A program made the translations under genes and the position numbers. A DNA stretch of 64,000 bases. Source: Octopus vulgaris (Eukaryota). The stretch is taken from positions 211,420,001 through 211,484,000 of the forward strand of contig OX597814.1 in the NCBI GenBank assembly GCA_951406725.2, in the 5' to 3' direction. Under the pieces are notes generated by a model that was not told the origin of the DNA, ran no database searches, and worked only from the letters and a program-made list of their open reading frames with translations. Positions 40,771-55,276 of the stretch are shown piece after piece (the first letter of the stretch is position 1; every line of letters begins with the position of its first letter).

Positions 40771-42291
40771 TGTAGTAGCAGCAGTAGAAGTAGTTGCCCG
40801 TGCTAAAATTATTCCGAGAACCAGAAGTTCAGACGACTTATAGAGTCATATATGATACAGCGTAGACATATGGCCGACATGTGGGGAATTTTCATCATTG
40901 GAAACTCTATGCACACATAACTAATTTGTATGGGAATATAAGCACGACATGCGCTAGCGCACACTCACAATCTTCAACACACATATATATACAGGTACAA
41001 ATACACATACAAACAAACGTGCTTGCATGCATACACAACACAAAAAAAACATGTATGTGTATGTATGTATGTATGGGTATAAACTCATACGAGTGTATAC
41101 ATATATATTCTCAGGCGTCTTCGATTCAGTCGAATTACCCAAATATAGCCAGCCCACTAAATTTCTTTAGACACAAAAGAATATTTTCGTCTCAGGTAAT
41201 TTCAGCCGAACTATTGAGAATAACTTTTTTTTACTACAATGTAAGTAATATAGTATAATTTTAACTTCGTGAATTAAACTGTTGACTTTGATAACTATTC
41301 TCTTCTGAGTGACGTTATACAATGCAATTCTAACATGTAATAGCACATTTAAATCTTCTCAATGTTAAATACAAGCTTCCTTGCATGACTGAAGCAACTA
41401 GCGACGTACTAACAAGTGCGAGTAATTAAGAACAACTATTAAGCTACAACTCTCAGATGAATTTAAATAATTATTACTTTTTTGAGAAAAATAAAGTTGA
41501 TACAATTTCACGTCTTATGATATTGCCTAAAATTAACAAACTTTTATGACGGTTAACTTGAAATTAAATGAAAAAGTAGTCTGACTGGGGATCACGAAAT
41601 ATTAAAATGTCTCAATTTAAAGTTTCAGAATATATGCACCTGTGTCCTCGTTTGCTGTTGCTTATAGTAAACAATTAAGTGGTTGCAGTATATCAGAGAC
41701 ATACAAAAGGCAACATTGCAAAATATGGTTTGTTGTACATATCTAACGTACGCAATCTTGGAAGAAGAAAACTCTTTGACAGTTGATGAATTAAATACAA
41801 ATATACCCCAAAGCTGTTAGCTTAAAAAGTAAAAAAAAAACATCATTTACGCTGAGAAATATTCAGACGCTCTTAATTTAGAGAGCCCCTCCACTCCCCA
41901 CCGTTTAATTCTCTACCACAGGCTTTTCTTCGTAAAAGTGGAAGTATTTAGAAATAAGTTTTATTGATGCAAGTGCGAACAATGTTATAACGCTGTAAAG
42001 TGGTGTGAAAAAAAGATATGAATGCGACGTTGCTTCGTATCAAAGATTTAGATACATGCCTTAAGTAGTATATGTAGCGTTAAACATTTCTCAATGGGGC
42101 ATTTGAGTAAATATTTACTGACATTAGATACTTGGATTATATGCTGTAAATACTGATAAATTTAGTGTCTTCCGGTGTAAAAATGTTTCTGTTGTTTTAA
42201 ATAAAGTAAAACAGTAATAAAACAATGTGAGTTATTTCGGAAAGGGCGAGTTTAATTATTATTGTAATATAAGTGACAATGGCATCTAATA

Positions 42292-42732
42292 CGAGGGACG
42301 TTCAATAAGTAATGCCTCTGACCCACTTGCAATTGTTTGATCTAGCTGAAATTTTGCATGTGCAATTATTTCTATCTCTATAGATTAAGTGGCGAATTAC
42401 AGCTCTTAGCTAATTGTGGTTTCTGATTTACAAGTGTTTGAACTGAGTCAAGTATGAAATGGAACCTGTTGAGTGTCGAGCAGTGATCCGGTTTTTGTAT
42501 TTGAAAGGACGCACACCACAGGAGACTTTTGATGAAATGAAAGTAACTTATGGTGATGATGCCCCATCATATGACCTTGTAAAACACTGGCATCGTGAAT
42601 TCAAACATGATCAGAACTCTGTGGAAACAGCTCCCAGATCTAGTAACCCCCTTCTGCATTGATGAGACATCTGTCCGTTGCTCTACTGCTATGGGAAGTG
42701 GGTCAGGGGCATTACTTATTGAACGCCCCTCG
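42292..42732 (+). mobile_element. Internally deleted mariner transposon (441 bp)
   Basis: 37-bp TIRs cgagggacgttcaataagtaatgcctctgacccactt / aagtgggtcaggggcattacttattgaacgcccctcg; TA on both sides; ORF 42459-42662 MEPVECRAVIRFLYLKG...WHREFK...APRS is the transposase N-terminal HTH region only. Confidence 0.92.
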
Positions 42733-44811
42733 TATCTTGATTGTTCAAAATCGTTATTTCTTACATATGTGATACATCTCAAATATACTTAGATAATTTT
42801 GTTTCAAATTAAACATTTCATATTACATAACGCTAGAAATACTCCGTTAAATAAGCATGAAATTGTGCCCGAAGTGGATCGTTACTTCCTTTATTTCTTT
42901 CTTGCCAGCATTCTATAGTTTGAAAATGGTTTGCAGTTACATGATAATTTATTCAGAAAGGAAATGGCTGCCAAAATGATGAATACAACTTGACGGTGTT
43001 GTAAGACGCCTATATATCGCTTATAAATTTTATTCGCGATAAACATATTTCATTGCAACTAATATGCTTGCGTTTGTTTATAATTTACTGCCACCAGAGA
43101 ACTCATAGATTCTCTCAAACCCATTGTGTTTTCACATAAATATTTTATATTTTTCTTACGTTTCACTATCAACAGGCGCACTATTATCTATTTCAGTTGT
43201 GACATTGATACCAGCGATTTGAAATGAATTTTCAATAGAATATTCTTTGTATATATTACAATATTAATTCCAGTTTCCTTTAGCTCACATTGTCATATAC
43301 CCCATAACACGAGATTTGCATTTATGATGGTTTTCTTTGAAAATGAACACTTCTTGTGAAAAGCAATTTTCGTATACATCCATAGTCATCTATCTGCACA
43401 ATGTAAGACTTCCCCGTAAGTGGAATGCAATACAACAAAACAGTAAAAAAGAAAAAAAAAACTATAATTTTCAAGGAAAATAATTGTATCTTGTATATTT
43501 GCTATTAATCGTTTTTTGTATTAGCATTCGATACACTTAGGCAGTTAATAAACATGCTTAACTCACGTTAATTGCGATTGTAATTGAAATATTTGGTGGA
43601 TAGAAATTCAATAATAACAATGTCACACTGTTTGATTTATTGTAACTCGGCAGCAGTGTATTGTTCACAATATTACTTTCGTTCTGTAACAAATTTATTT
43701 TGCAGGAAAACGCTTTCACATAGTGGCTTGGCATACAGCTATTTTGACAAGATTAATATTTCAATTTCATGGGCCTCTGCAAACAAAGAAACCCCTTCAC
43801 GCTTTCGTTTCAAAGATTGACGCACATAAACAGATTCTTTGGTTATACATAAACGCATCAGAAAAATAAATATACTGTTGTCCATGTTGGCTTTTTTCAA
43901 CCGCAATCCAGTTCTTCGTTGAGTGATGGCAGTTATGATAATTAAAAATATTTTTTGAGTGATTGCGATCAGTAATCTAAATGTATGACTCATTCAAATG
44001 ACTTCAAATGTTTAAAAATATTCAACGTACGCATGTTTGTATGTGCGTTTTTGTGTGTGTGTGTATGTATATGTGTGAGTGTGCGTGCATTTATGCATGT
44101 GTGTGCATGTGTGTAGTATGATAACTGCAATTAGGGTGTCTGCCAATCTTGAAAAGTCATGAGATACATTAGTGAAAGCAACGTTGTGTTATATCGTCAC
44201 AGGCCTAGAACTGCCATTCAGTGTAAATAATGGTGGAAAAACAGCCTTAATAAAGGTAATTATCGGGAGTTATTTTATTACTGTGCTGATATAGATACCA
44301 CCTTTGAATTTAAAATTCCTTTGAAATGTAAATCAAAGTATATTCAGAGGTCACAAGTACCTCACAAAGCAACATTAACTCTGTTTTTATATAGTGTAAC
44401 AACTGATAAAATCCAAGCGTAAGCTAAAAATAATCATCTTATGCTTGTGCAAAGAAACTAACTATGCAATGCTCGTACTCCTTTACTATCGGCAAGTATG
44501 GAACGGGGTGCAAAACAAATCAACAAGTTGAATGGTTCATCATTTAAATAACGATGTATATGATTCAAGACTGGTTGATGTGATAGAATATTTCTTAAAA
44601 TACTGTATCGATGTCAAAAATATAGTGGTTAACCAACCTTGTAATGAAAAAGCTGTAATAAAAGTGAATGAAACGGAGTATAAACACCTTGGGAAAATGA
44701 TTTAAATGCGGTGTAATCATTCATTTATAAGAATATAATCTGTAACAGATTCTAAGTGGGTAATATTTTCCTGACATTTTCGCATCCTTTGCTGACGGAC
44801 ATCTGCGAATA

Positions 44812-46866
44812 CAGAGGCGGAGACGTAGTGAGTTTCATATCAAAATTTTATATCTGTGTGACAAAAGCTGGTGTTAGAAATCCATGGCAGTGTTAGCCGG
44901 AAAGAGCTACTGTAGATCTTGACAAGTGAAGTCAATTTGAATATGTTTGAGAATATAATAAAAGATGGAACGAAGATATACTCAATGAATGCGATAACAT
45001 TTTAACAAAAGTGAATGGCTTAAATTTCACAATTTTCATAAACTGCTTTCATACCTTAATAACAAGGGAATAGAGTTACCATAGAGAATTTGTGAGGGCA
45101 TTCCTGAACCCAGCACGAGGTAGAACTAATTGTATAAAGTAAAAGAACAAAATATGCTTTCAAAAATGTTCACCAGCGTTATCAACACAATAATAAAGCA
45201 GCTGCTTACAAACAAAAAATATAATTGTGTTTACGCGGAAATGAATTTATAGAAAACACCTGACATGATAGCAGAAAACCAACTATAGATTTGAAACCAG
45301 TATGCTAAGTTTTGTTTAATTGGGGTGAAGACAGAAAATCACAAAAAACTTATGTTCAAAATTGTTCCTTTGTCTTATTTGGAGAGAATTTGAATCCAAA
45401 GCAAATAGTAACCAGAGAAACTCTAAATAAATTTATATCTAATCCGTATAAATAGAAATTGGCAAGCCATCTCGATAGACTTTTTTTTTTTTCTCCTGTT
45501 TCTTAAAAGGTTTTCCCAGTGACATGATCGATGCGTTTTAAAGGGTGATGTTGAATGAAGTAAAAACTTTAACTTAAGCGTTATGTTACTAAAGATTGTG
45601 TGCCAAAGAACGATTTATCGCTTTGAACAAGGTTAGTGCAGAGTGTTTCCGTAAATGCTTTATCTAACCATGTTTTTAAATGAATGGAAATGTGGAACTG
45701 TGTCAATAAATTAATTGAGAAAACTGATGAAAGTGTCATTAATACGGCAGCAATTTTATATGGTTTCCAGTGAAAGATTATGGATAGATATGATTCTACG
45801 ATCTTTATTCCTTTCTGTGCTCATCTGATGAATTGAGTTCTTCCACAGGTATACCATTAGAAAAACAGGGATGCTATTGAAAAAACATGATTTTTTTCCT
45901 ACAATAATTGCATATAAATTTTATTTTTTCTCTAAATGATGTTGTTTTTCAAAATCAGCAGCAACTGAATGGAGTTACTCGCTAGGTCCCGTTTATATTA
46001 AAAGATAGAATTGTGATTTTTACCCTGCTTTCCTGATCACAGCACTGGCAATCCTGACGGATGGGATGAGGCCTCCATAAATTTTAGAATTGGTCTATTC
46101 TAAAATTTGAAACATACTGATTTTTTTGATTTTAGTGATATAAATTTCTTCATTGATGTCATATTTAACAGGCTTCAAACTGAATATCTTGGCATTTTCT
46201 ATTGTACAGAGCAAAGAGATAAAAAAAAATATCATGCAACAAAAGTAGCCGGAAATTTTTTTAATGATTTATGAAATGTTAGGGGGAAATATGGTATAAA
46301 TGCATTAATTCACATGACACGATTCAGGGATAAATCTACTGCCCCACCCCAACATTAAAGAATGTTCTTCAAAAGATATTGGCAAAATAGTTGACCAATC
46401 AAAAGAATGGTATTCATCATTAGAAAAGCAACGCTATGGAATATTGCTAAAAAGTACTTGTGGATGATTTAAGATCTTTAAAACCCACTTGTGGATTTCT
46501 TTTCATGTAGCTGATTTACAGGATGAACTAAATATTTACACATTTAATGAACATTTTAAAAAGCAAAGTGTAAGGAAATTAACGCAATACATTTTTGTCT
46601 GATATTATTGATGCCTTCAAAAAATTATATATATCTCAAATTTGATTTTCTCAATTCTTTGCTTAAGAACTTTATAGTGAGGTCGTTTGATGCTTTGAAC
46701 AGAATTAAAACTCATCAAAGAAATACGACTGGAGAAAAAAATGTTAGCTTTCATGTCAATTGGAGAAGATTTACTCCAACAACTAATTAAAATAGAATAT
46801 TTCTATGAAAACGCAGCAAATAGAGCGGCCCTAAAAGATCGAAGAATGGAATTAATTTATAAATGA
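44812..46866 (+). pseudogene. Decayed hAT transposon (ZMYM1-like/Tip100-type transposase)
   Basis: TIR-like start cagaggcgga; LCLRGNE (about 45225); GFQ*KIMDRYDSTIFIPFCAHLMN*VL (CxxH motif, about 45760-45840); RSFDALNRIKTHQRNTTG (dimerisation domain, about 46680); C-terminus KDRRMELIYK*. Confidence 0.75.
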
Positions 46867-47068
46867 GGTAATTAAATAATTATTTTTGTACGGCTGTTTT
46901 GCATTATATCCATTACACATCGATCCTCATGGCGATGTTACGAAAGTAAACAGTTTCACTTAATTAAAAAAAAAAAAAAGATTCGATCCAACCGATACAT
47001 AGCTATTACATCATCAACCACAAAGCCATCGTATGAACAATACACTCTCTCTCTCTATATATATATAT

Positions 47069-47131
<63 letters not shown>

Positions 47132-47273
47132 TGTATACATATATGTATGTATATATGCATATACATTCATATATATATATATATATACATATGCATGTGT
47201 ATATATGTATGCGTATATATATATATATACATATTTACATATATGTGTATGTATATACATATATGTGTAAATG

Positions 47274-47326
<53 letters not shown>

Positions 47327-48259
47327 ATATATATATATATACATATGTATGTATATATATATATACATATATACGTATGTATATATATATATAAGTATAA
47401 GTACATATATATATATATGTATATGTATATGTATGCATATATGTGTGTATATACATGAATATATGGGTACAGGACATCAAAACAACGTTGAACACAATGA
47501 GAAAATATAACAGGGAACCAAAATCATAGAAAACGAACTTATTTTTGAACAACGAAAAAAGAAACTGAGAACAAAACAGGCAACATAAAGAATATTCCCT
47601 TTCATCAAGTTACCCTGTTTCATCTACTCCGCGTTTGGAGGCAAGGACACTAAGCGACTTCATTGAAATAGTCCTTCCCGCAAAGCAAATTAAATAAAAT
47701 TTGTTATTTTTGCGGAGTGCTAAAGTGGTAACAAGAAGAGGAGAGTGAGAACAAGACACTAAAAACACATGGTGAGAGCTGTCAAGCCAAGACGATAGAA
47801 AGATTATTATGAAAGCTAGGAAAACGAGCTTATGGGAGGAGACAGGTATAAGCACGTCTTGTCTTTAGGAAGGAAACGGGCAAAGAGATAGATTCCGTTT
47901 CGTCACATGTCAGCGACGAGAGAGTCAAGGAGGAAGAGTGAGAGAGAGGGAACAGTGAAAAAGAAAGGAGAAGAATAGGGAAGGGTGGGAGAGAAAGCCG
48001 GAAAGGATGAAGAACAAGAGAGGGAGAGAGATAGACAGAGAAGAAACAGTAGAGATAGAAGAGTGCACACCGTAATTATTAAGATAAAACTTACTTGGAA
48101 AAGGATGCGTGGAGATCTATCCTATAATAATATAAGTGATATATAAATATATGCATATATACATACACATATGTACATACCTACACACACATATATATGT
48201 ATATATATATATATATATATGCATATATGGGTACAGGACAAAAAAAAACTTTAAACAGC

Positions 48260-49930
48260 AGTCATTGTGTATGACTCATTCATGTTTCCCCTGGTTGACT
48301 ATACGGGTGACTAGGCTATAGCTGACACCGCCAGATATTTTGAGCATCTCTGCAGTGATTCATGATGGGCCGGGGGCATTCTCTGTCTTCGTGCCCTTAA
48401 TTGCTTTATCTACTAAGGCACTCTCAATTCGAGTAACTGGTCCTTCTGTCGGGTCGGCATTTGTCAGGCTCTTTTTTTCCAATTTATTTTCTTTATTTAG
48501 CAACCTTTCATAGTGGCCTTCTCCATACATCTCTCCTTGCAGTTTCGTTTAATGCAAGTGAACCATCCCCCATGCGAACACATTTCTCTCCTATGACATC
48601 ACGTTTCTCTCACACACTGTCTCGCAGCACGAAATAACTCAAGTCTTTGGTCCTCACGGCATAGAACATTGGCAATTTTTTTTTCTGATCTGATTACCCC
48701 ATGGCTACATAAACATGTCTCCTAGCTTCCCTTTTGGCAGTCAGATACGATTCCCTACTACCACTGTTCTTCCAGTCCTTCCAAGCCTGTTTCTTTTCCC
48801 TAATGGCCCTGCAACAATATTGTTCCACCACCACGTTACCTTGGGTCGAGAGGGGACTTTGAACCGTCCACAGATCTAGTCATTGGCCCTCAGCAGTTGT
48901 TTCCCCCGTAGAAACCTCAAGTTGTCTCCCGCATCATGTGATGCTATATCCCTTTCTATTTCGTCAAAAGATTCGAGTAATACGTCTCCAAATCTCTGTC
49001 CATTTGCAGGTTCTTTAAGTCTCCAGACCTATTTCCTCTACACTTGTGTTCTGGGCATTCATTTAGCCCTTATCCTGAAGTCACTAACGACTAGTATATG
49101 TTGTGGTGTACATTCTTCACCTGGGAAGGTTTTGGCACTTATAAGTAGCCATCTTTCCCATTTCCTGGTGAAGATGTAGTCAATCTGACTAGTGTGTCTA
49201 CCATCTCGGTAGGTGACTTGGTGACTGGCAGGTTTCATGAAGTTAGTATTGTAAACCATATGCATCGCAGAAGTCCAGCAGCCTGGTTGTCTACTCTTTG
49301 CAGAAACCAAATTCATAGCCTCCATATATGACTTGGAAGGCTCCTGCATATTGTCCAACATGTACTCATAAATCACCAGCCACAAAGAGTAGGTCCCTGT
49401 CATTTCTCTACGAGGTAGTCAGCAAGAGGGTGTCATAAAATCGGTCTTTCTTTCCATTAAGTAACCCCGGCTGAGGGGCATAGGCCGAGATAATGGTTGC
49501 TAACCCATGGTGAAGCATGAATCTAAACTTATGTATTCTATCGAAGACTCTGACAACTTCGATTACCTTATCGACCCATTTCTCTGCAAGATGTATAGTC
49601 ACGCCCATGGCCCCTGCAGTGTTCCGTACCCAGAAGAACTTGTATCTATGTTCTTTGCCTGTGAGGACCCTAGCAGAGCCTCCTCTCCACCTTACTTCTT
49701 GGATGCAGCACACATCTACATATCTCGGTTCAAGCATCTCAACAATCTCACCAGACCTGCCTTTCAGTGTGCCGACCCTGAGGGTGTGGGAGGTGTGGGA
49801 CTATGTGACCCTGGGATGGGGCACAACAGCGTCATGTACCTGAAAAGAAAGCTCGCATTTGGCATAATTTATAAATGAACAGCAGCCTTCAACCTGCATA
49901 CACCACACCATCATTAGCATAATCTCAAGT
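48260..49930 (-). mobile_element. RTE-clade LINE 5' half (APE endonuclease to start of RT), frameshifted
   Basis: VDVCCIQEVRWRG, IISAYAPQPG, SQIDYIFTRK, QHILVVSDF, then NAPGPS*ITAEMLK; ends abruptly at about 48260. Confidence 0.9.
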
Positions 49931-50097
49931 ATAATCAGCCGAAATTGCGACGATAATCTGGTACATGACTGAGGAAAGAAAACTTCGAATAATCCGTCCT
50001 TGGTTTTAATATTATTATATCATCTCTCTGGACGTTTTGTTGTCCCATTTTTGTATCACCTAACTGTCCGGATGTTTTGCGTTCTTGTCCCATTTTG

Positions 50098-50131
<34 letters not shown>

Positions 50132-50212
50132 CATTCAAAATGTGACCGCGTGTGTACCGTTGGCGATTTTTTCCCTCCGTCTTGCCTTCCCTGGATCTTT
50201 TCTTTTTCCTAT

Positions 50213-50247
50213 GTTTCTGACGAAGAGCTCCGCTCGAGACGTAAAAT
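50213..50247 (+). ncRNA. Minimal type I HHR motif (degenerate)
   Basis: guuu CUGACGA a gagc ucc gcuc GAGA cg UA aaau, inside a repeat (about 50135-50345) homologous to 39295-39495. Confidence 0.6.
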
Positions 50248-50338
50248 CCTCCTTCTTCCCTTCCTTCTTGAGCGTCGAATATATGTGTTCCACGTTCTCG
50301 CGTTGTTGTGTTTTCTCTTTGTATTTTCATGTTTTGAT

Positions 50339-50390
<52 letters not shown>

Positions 50391-50522
50391 TGTATGTATA
50401 TATGTGTGTGTATAATACATATATTTAAATGAAAATTATATAATATGTCTGCATTCATACACAGGCATTCCTAACTCACACCACACAGCTATATACCGTT
50501 AGAACAACAAAAAGAGAGAGAG

Positions 50523-50571
<49 letters not shown>

Positions 50572-51419
50572 CAGACAAAGAGTCAGAAACGAACATTTCG
50601 TTATTAGTGTTTAGGTCTAATTTCAATGCACACAAATACAGTGGCTTATAGAGACGATATTTTGTTAGTATATCGAGTGACTGACGGATAGTCGCAGCTC
50701 TTACAGTGATAATGAGTTAAGGAAGTTGGCATGCGTTGAAAGCTGGATATATATGTGAGAATTAGTTGCATTTTAGTCATAATCTTTTCGCATATGTTAC
50801 CATTGAAAGAGCTGTTCTATGATTAATTCATTTTTTCTAATTATCACCATTTGTTTCGGTCATGCTGATTGTCGTACATGCTTATATTTTCTACTGTTTC
50901 ATTCTTTCTTTAGATATACGTAAAACAATAGATTTCAGGTTGTGGATGTGTAATGAGAGGTTTGCATCTCATGGACATGGTTCCGTATTGAGTCCCATAG
51001 TGTGGCGGTTAATATTACCATTTAAATTCATGATTCTTTCAGCCCAGCCATTCGCCGATGGAGAGTTCACTACCGATGATCCTGGAATTTTTAAATCGAA
51101 ACTACTATAGGCTAATTTAGTCTAGTGGTCAAGTATTGCTAATGATGTGGTTATCTTCCCTGTCAGTATATGCAAATGTGCTTTCTTAAAGCTCTAAAGG
51201 CTGGACTCTTATTTCTAGCAACATAGGAAGTATCTAACACACTCAGTCACAATTAGCGACAATTGAATTTTTACCTTTTGATTTTATATTGCGTATAGCT
51301 GGCTTCGTTATTTTATAGTTGTCGCATAATTCAGCCATAAGTTAAGAAGTTAAATATATTTACTGAGCGTCTAGATTTAGCCAAACAAATCTGCGATGGA
51401 GTAGCCACTACTGACAAGA

Positions 51420-51478
<59 letters not shown>

Positions 51479-51479
51479 C

Positions 51480-51670
51480 GTATATCTGTGTTTGCTTCCG
51501 GTGTTTGTTTGTTTTCATCTATAACATCGCGGATCAGGAAAAAGACTGGTGGAATAATTACCAGGCTAAAACATGTACTAGGATCGATCTGTTCGGCCCA
51601 AATCTTTCAAGTTATTGCCCCTACAGGGACGCAGTCGAATAACTGTAAAAAGCAAGATATAAAAGATAAC
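51480..51670 (+). mobile_element. Diverged 3' half of SINE family C
   Basis: ggatcgatctgttcg...gcagtcgaataactgtaaaaagcaag resembles the family C 3' end. Confidence 0.55.
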
Positions 51671-54600
51671 TATAGCCAGTACTTCGATTCATCATGTAGT
51701 GGATCCTTCATTGTACCATTTTTTAAAATTTGAAACGCTTAACTCGGTGTATCTGTGCTGTCCGACGTAAATAAGCACCAGTCAAATATTAAATTCGATA
51801 TTATTGATGTGCCATCCTTTCTCAATATATGTGATGTTCAACCGTTATCGGAATATAGTTTTATTCCGTTCATTTTGTAGTATTTATTCCACACATATTT
51901 GTCATCTTTCATTATTAGCAATACAATATTGCATAAATAGATATGCAGAATGAATCATTGAAGAAAAAATTATCTACATATAACATTTCACAAAAACGAT
52001 GTTGTAAAACAAATATTTTACGCTAGATTTTTCATTTAAACAATAGTCTACGAATGATGCACAGCCTACTAAACATGACAATGATTTGGTGTCAGTGTCA
52101 TTAGGATTTCCAAGGGAATTTCGCTACACATATCTCATACTGATGCTTCGATTCATTAACATAAACATACTAATTGTTCCCGGGGGTATTATTGCCACAC
52201 TTCTGTTTTTTTCTTTTTTTCTGAAGCTACTCATCAGCAAAATGATAACATTTCAAATGGATGCGTTTAGCTATTACTAAATAATAGAAGAAGAAAGAAA
52301 GAAAATCAGCGGTGATCTACGTGGGCACAGATTATTTACAGAAGCATAAATATGTGGATATTTAGTTGAGTTTTGATATAAGAAGAGAATTCTAAATTTT
52401 CTGGCAGACCAATCGTCTCAGAAAGCTAGATTCAAAGATAGGAAAATTTCACCGCATATTTTAGCTTATTAAGTAATATGATAATCGTAGTGGCTCCACT
52501 TTGGCTCGGGAGATATTAACTCGAGACCTGCTCATTGACTACATACAGTATTAACACGATTAAAGTCTCATTAGACAGAATGTGTTGTATTTTAATTAGA
52601 GTTTATAAGTAGTGCTAGTATTAATTCTTGTCATATTTCTAATTGTTATACATCGTATTCTTAGTGCTGTTTAATGTTACTTACCACTAATAGAGAACTG
52701 ATCTATAATCTACATCATTCCATCCAAGATTTCTTAGTATTGTTCTTGGGTCCATAGTATAAAATTGTCTATGTTCTTGTAGTATTTAAGACCGAGCAGC
52801 ACGTCTTTGGAACAATAAGCAATGGGCAAGTTATCAGCACTTGAGGATTCCTTATTCCTCACATTTTCCAGCGATCAATCTAATGATTTAAAAATCTTCA
52901 CTGAAACCACGTGATACATCACAATATAAACATTTGAGCACCGCTTACGAAACAATCGGTGGCAACAAGTAATGTCAGTTTGCAAGATCAAGTTGATCTG
53001 CGACATATTTTCAATGACGTTACAACCAAGCCAAACGTTATTGTAGCAAAACCTATAAGTTCTTCCAAAGTTTAAAGAAAAATAACACTTCAAGAAAAAC
53101 TGCTTACTGTATTTCCTAGTTTTAACCACTAATATATCCAGATCTATATCCAGATTTATTTTTCTGTTTAAAATTTCATACACGATTTTATGTGTGGAAA
53201 TAATCAGGTGGATATCGTTGTTTGTAAAATTATCATAATCTGTATCGATTTTTATCATCATAAACTAAAACATTGCTGTTTGTAAGATCATGGTGAGGGA
53301 GATTGCGTTTCTGGATACCTGTATATTTGTGGGTAGGTTGTTGCTTCCGTCACCGTATGATTGTGGTTTCGATTTCTGAACCAGGTGATGTGTTGTGTAC
53401 TTGAGAAAAACACTGTCACGTTACTCCAGTCCAATCAGCTGACAAAATGAGTAAACCAACGACGGACTGATATCCTGTCAAGGGGCAACATTTATACGCC
53501 ACAGAATCCAGCAATCATGAAAATCATTTGAAGATCATGTTAAGGCGACAGATATATTTTATTTATACTGAAGGCGTTTATTGCCGTACGGATACAACCA
53601 AAAATACCTCTCATTATTCTGAAAATACTAACCGTTACATTTTCATCTTCTTTGATAGATTCAATCTTGAAAATGTTTAAAGCGTGCGTGCTTGTATTTT
53701 AAACGTCTTCTCTAGGTTTTATCACACTCTTGTGTACTCAAAATGCTTCACATAAACAATTAAAATTTAGCAAATCATAAAAAAATTATAGCATTTGCCT
53801 ATCGCTTCACAAATAACCTCATAGATGATACTGACCCTTATATAGCTCCAATTAATGGGGTCAAGAAATAGCGTCCGAGGTCCCTCCCCTATGTTTAAAA
53901 TATTCATGCCACAAGAAAAATGAAAGTGATAACCTCTGTACACTACTTCTGCTATAAGAGGATCTACTTCATTTATCTTAAAACTGGGTTTAAACTTTTA
54001 AACATTTATGGCATTCTATTGTCTCTTGTTTAGGATTTGGTGCAAACAGCAATTTATTGAAGTAGTAAATATATACGTAAACATTCCACGAAAGGAATAA
54101 GAATGTATTTTGTTATACACAAAACTGAAGCAACACTCAGCAAGTCTCAGAAACACCAGTGTAGCTGCAATTTTTTGTTAATTGATAATTTGAAGATTTT
54201 CTCTGCAATGAAACTAAATGGTTTTCTTCACCTTCGAAGATATTATTATTCGGATAATTTACTGACTTATATGAGGCAATACTAGAAATCAATACCATGT
54301 TACATAACTTTGTAGTAACAAAGCATTGAATAGAACAGCATAGCGACCGTCAACAACAACGAAACTGTTTTTAAATCATGTGCGCATAATATCAAGACTT
54401 CTTGAAGATGCTGATGAAACTGTGGATAAAAATCATTTGTAGTATATGGCTGTGACCTATATTCTACTCAATGTTTCTTGTTGACCATCCCATATCTAAG
54501 CTGAATTTCAAAGATATAGTGCGTGCTTTCAAAGTATTCTGTGTTTGTTATAGAAAGTTGAATGAGACCTTTGGACAAAAATTCGATATTATAATTCTGG

Positions 54601-55276
54601 ACTGAAAACATACGTATCTAGTAAACACACGGTTGCACACATAAGTAAATATATATGTATACATACATGTGCTTGTGTGTAGGTGTGTTACGAGTTAGTG
54701 GCCAAATGAAAGAAAGTGACGCTCAATATATTCAGTAAGATTTATACGCATTATTTAATAACAGCTGGACTACAAAACTTGAAGTTTCATAGGCTCGTAG
54801 AAGGAACCTAGATTGACATGCATATAGCGATCAAGAAACAGTAAATGAGACAAATTCAAGTGACCTACTTGATGTTAGGCATCATTTGATCGAGTCATTG
54901 GTTTGGAAGCGACAGCTTTTCAGGTCCATGCAGTTGGACAGGATGTTAGCGTGCAATGACTGAGGTCTGCGGTATGGTATATTTAGCAATATAAGTCCAT
55001 TGCAGTGTAAGACGTTGACATGCGATAGCGGAGGCCAAATAGAACAGTGGCAACATCATTTCTCAGGGAGAAGCCAGATTTGGTGACGGTAGATTATAAT
55101 TTGCCGGAGCTAGGTTGGACTGTCACCATGGATGCGGGTGTATATGGGGAATCTCAAAGTAAAGTGGTTTATTTGAACTGTCGTTTATCTGAACTGTCAG
55201 GCGCAAGTGGTTCAAAGTTTATGGACAAGGAACATTTCTGTGGAAACAATAAGACGTTTCGTGCCGCCCAATAGAT

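Noticed and set aside
43835-43857. tctttggttat resembles the start of miR-9
   Set aside because: Match ends after 11 nt and I see no precursor hairpin.
49960-50005. CTGAGGA...GAAT...GTC hammerhead-like string
   Set aside because: No convincing stem I or III and the GAAA box is absent.
52700-53260. 128-aa ORF and faint Tc1-like peptide traces
   Set aside because: Motifs too degraded to call; no TIRs found.
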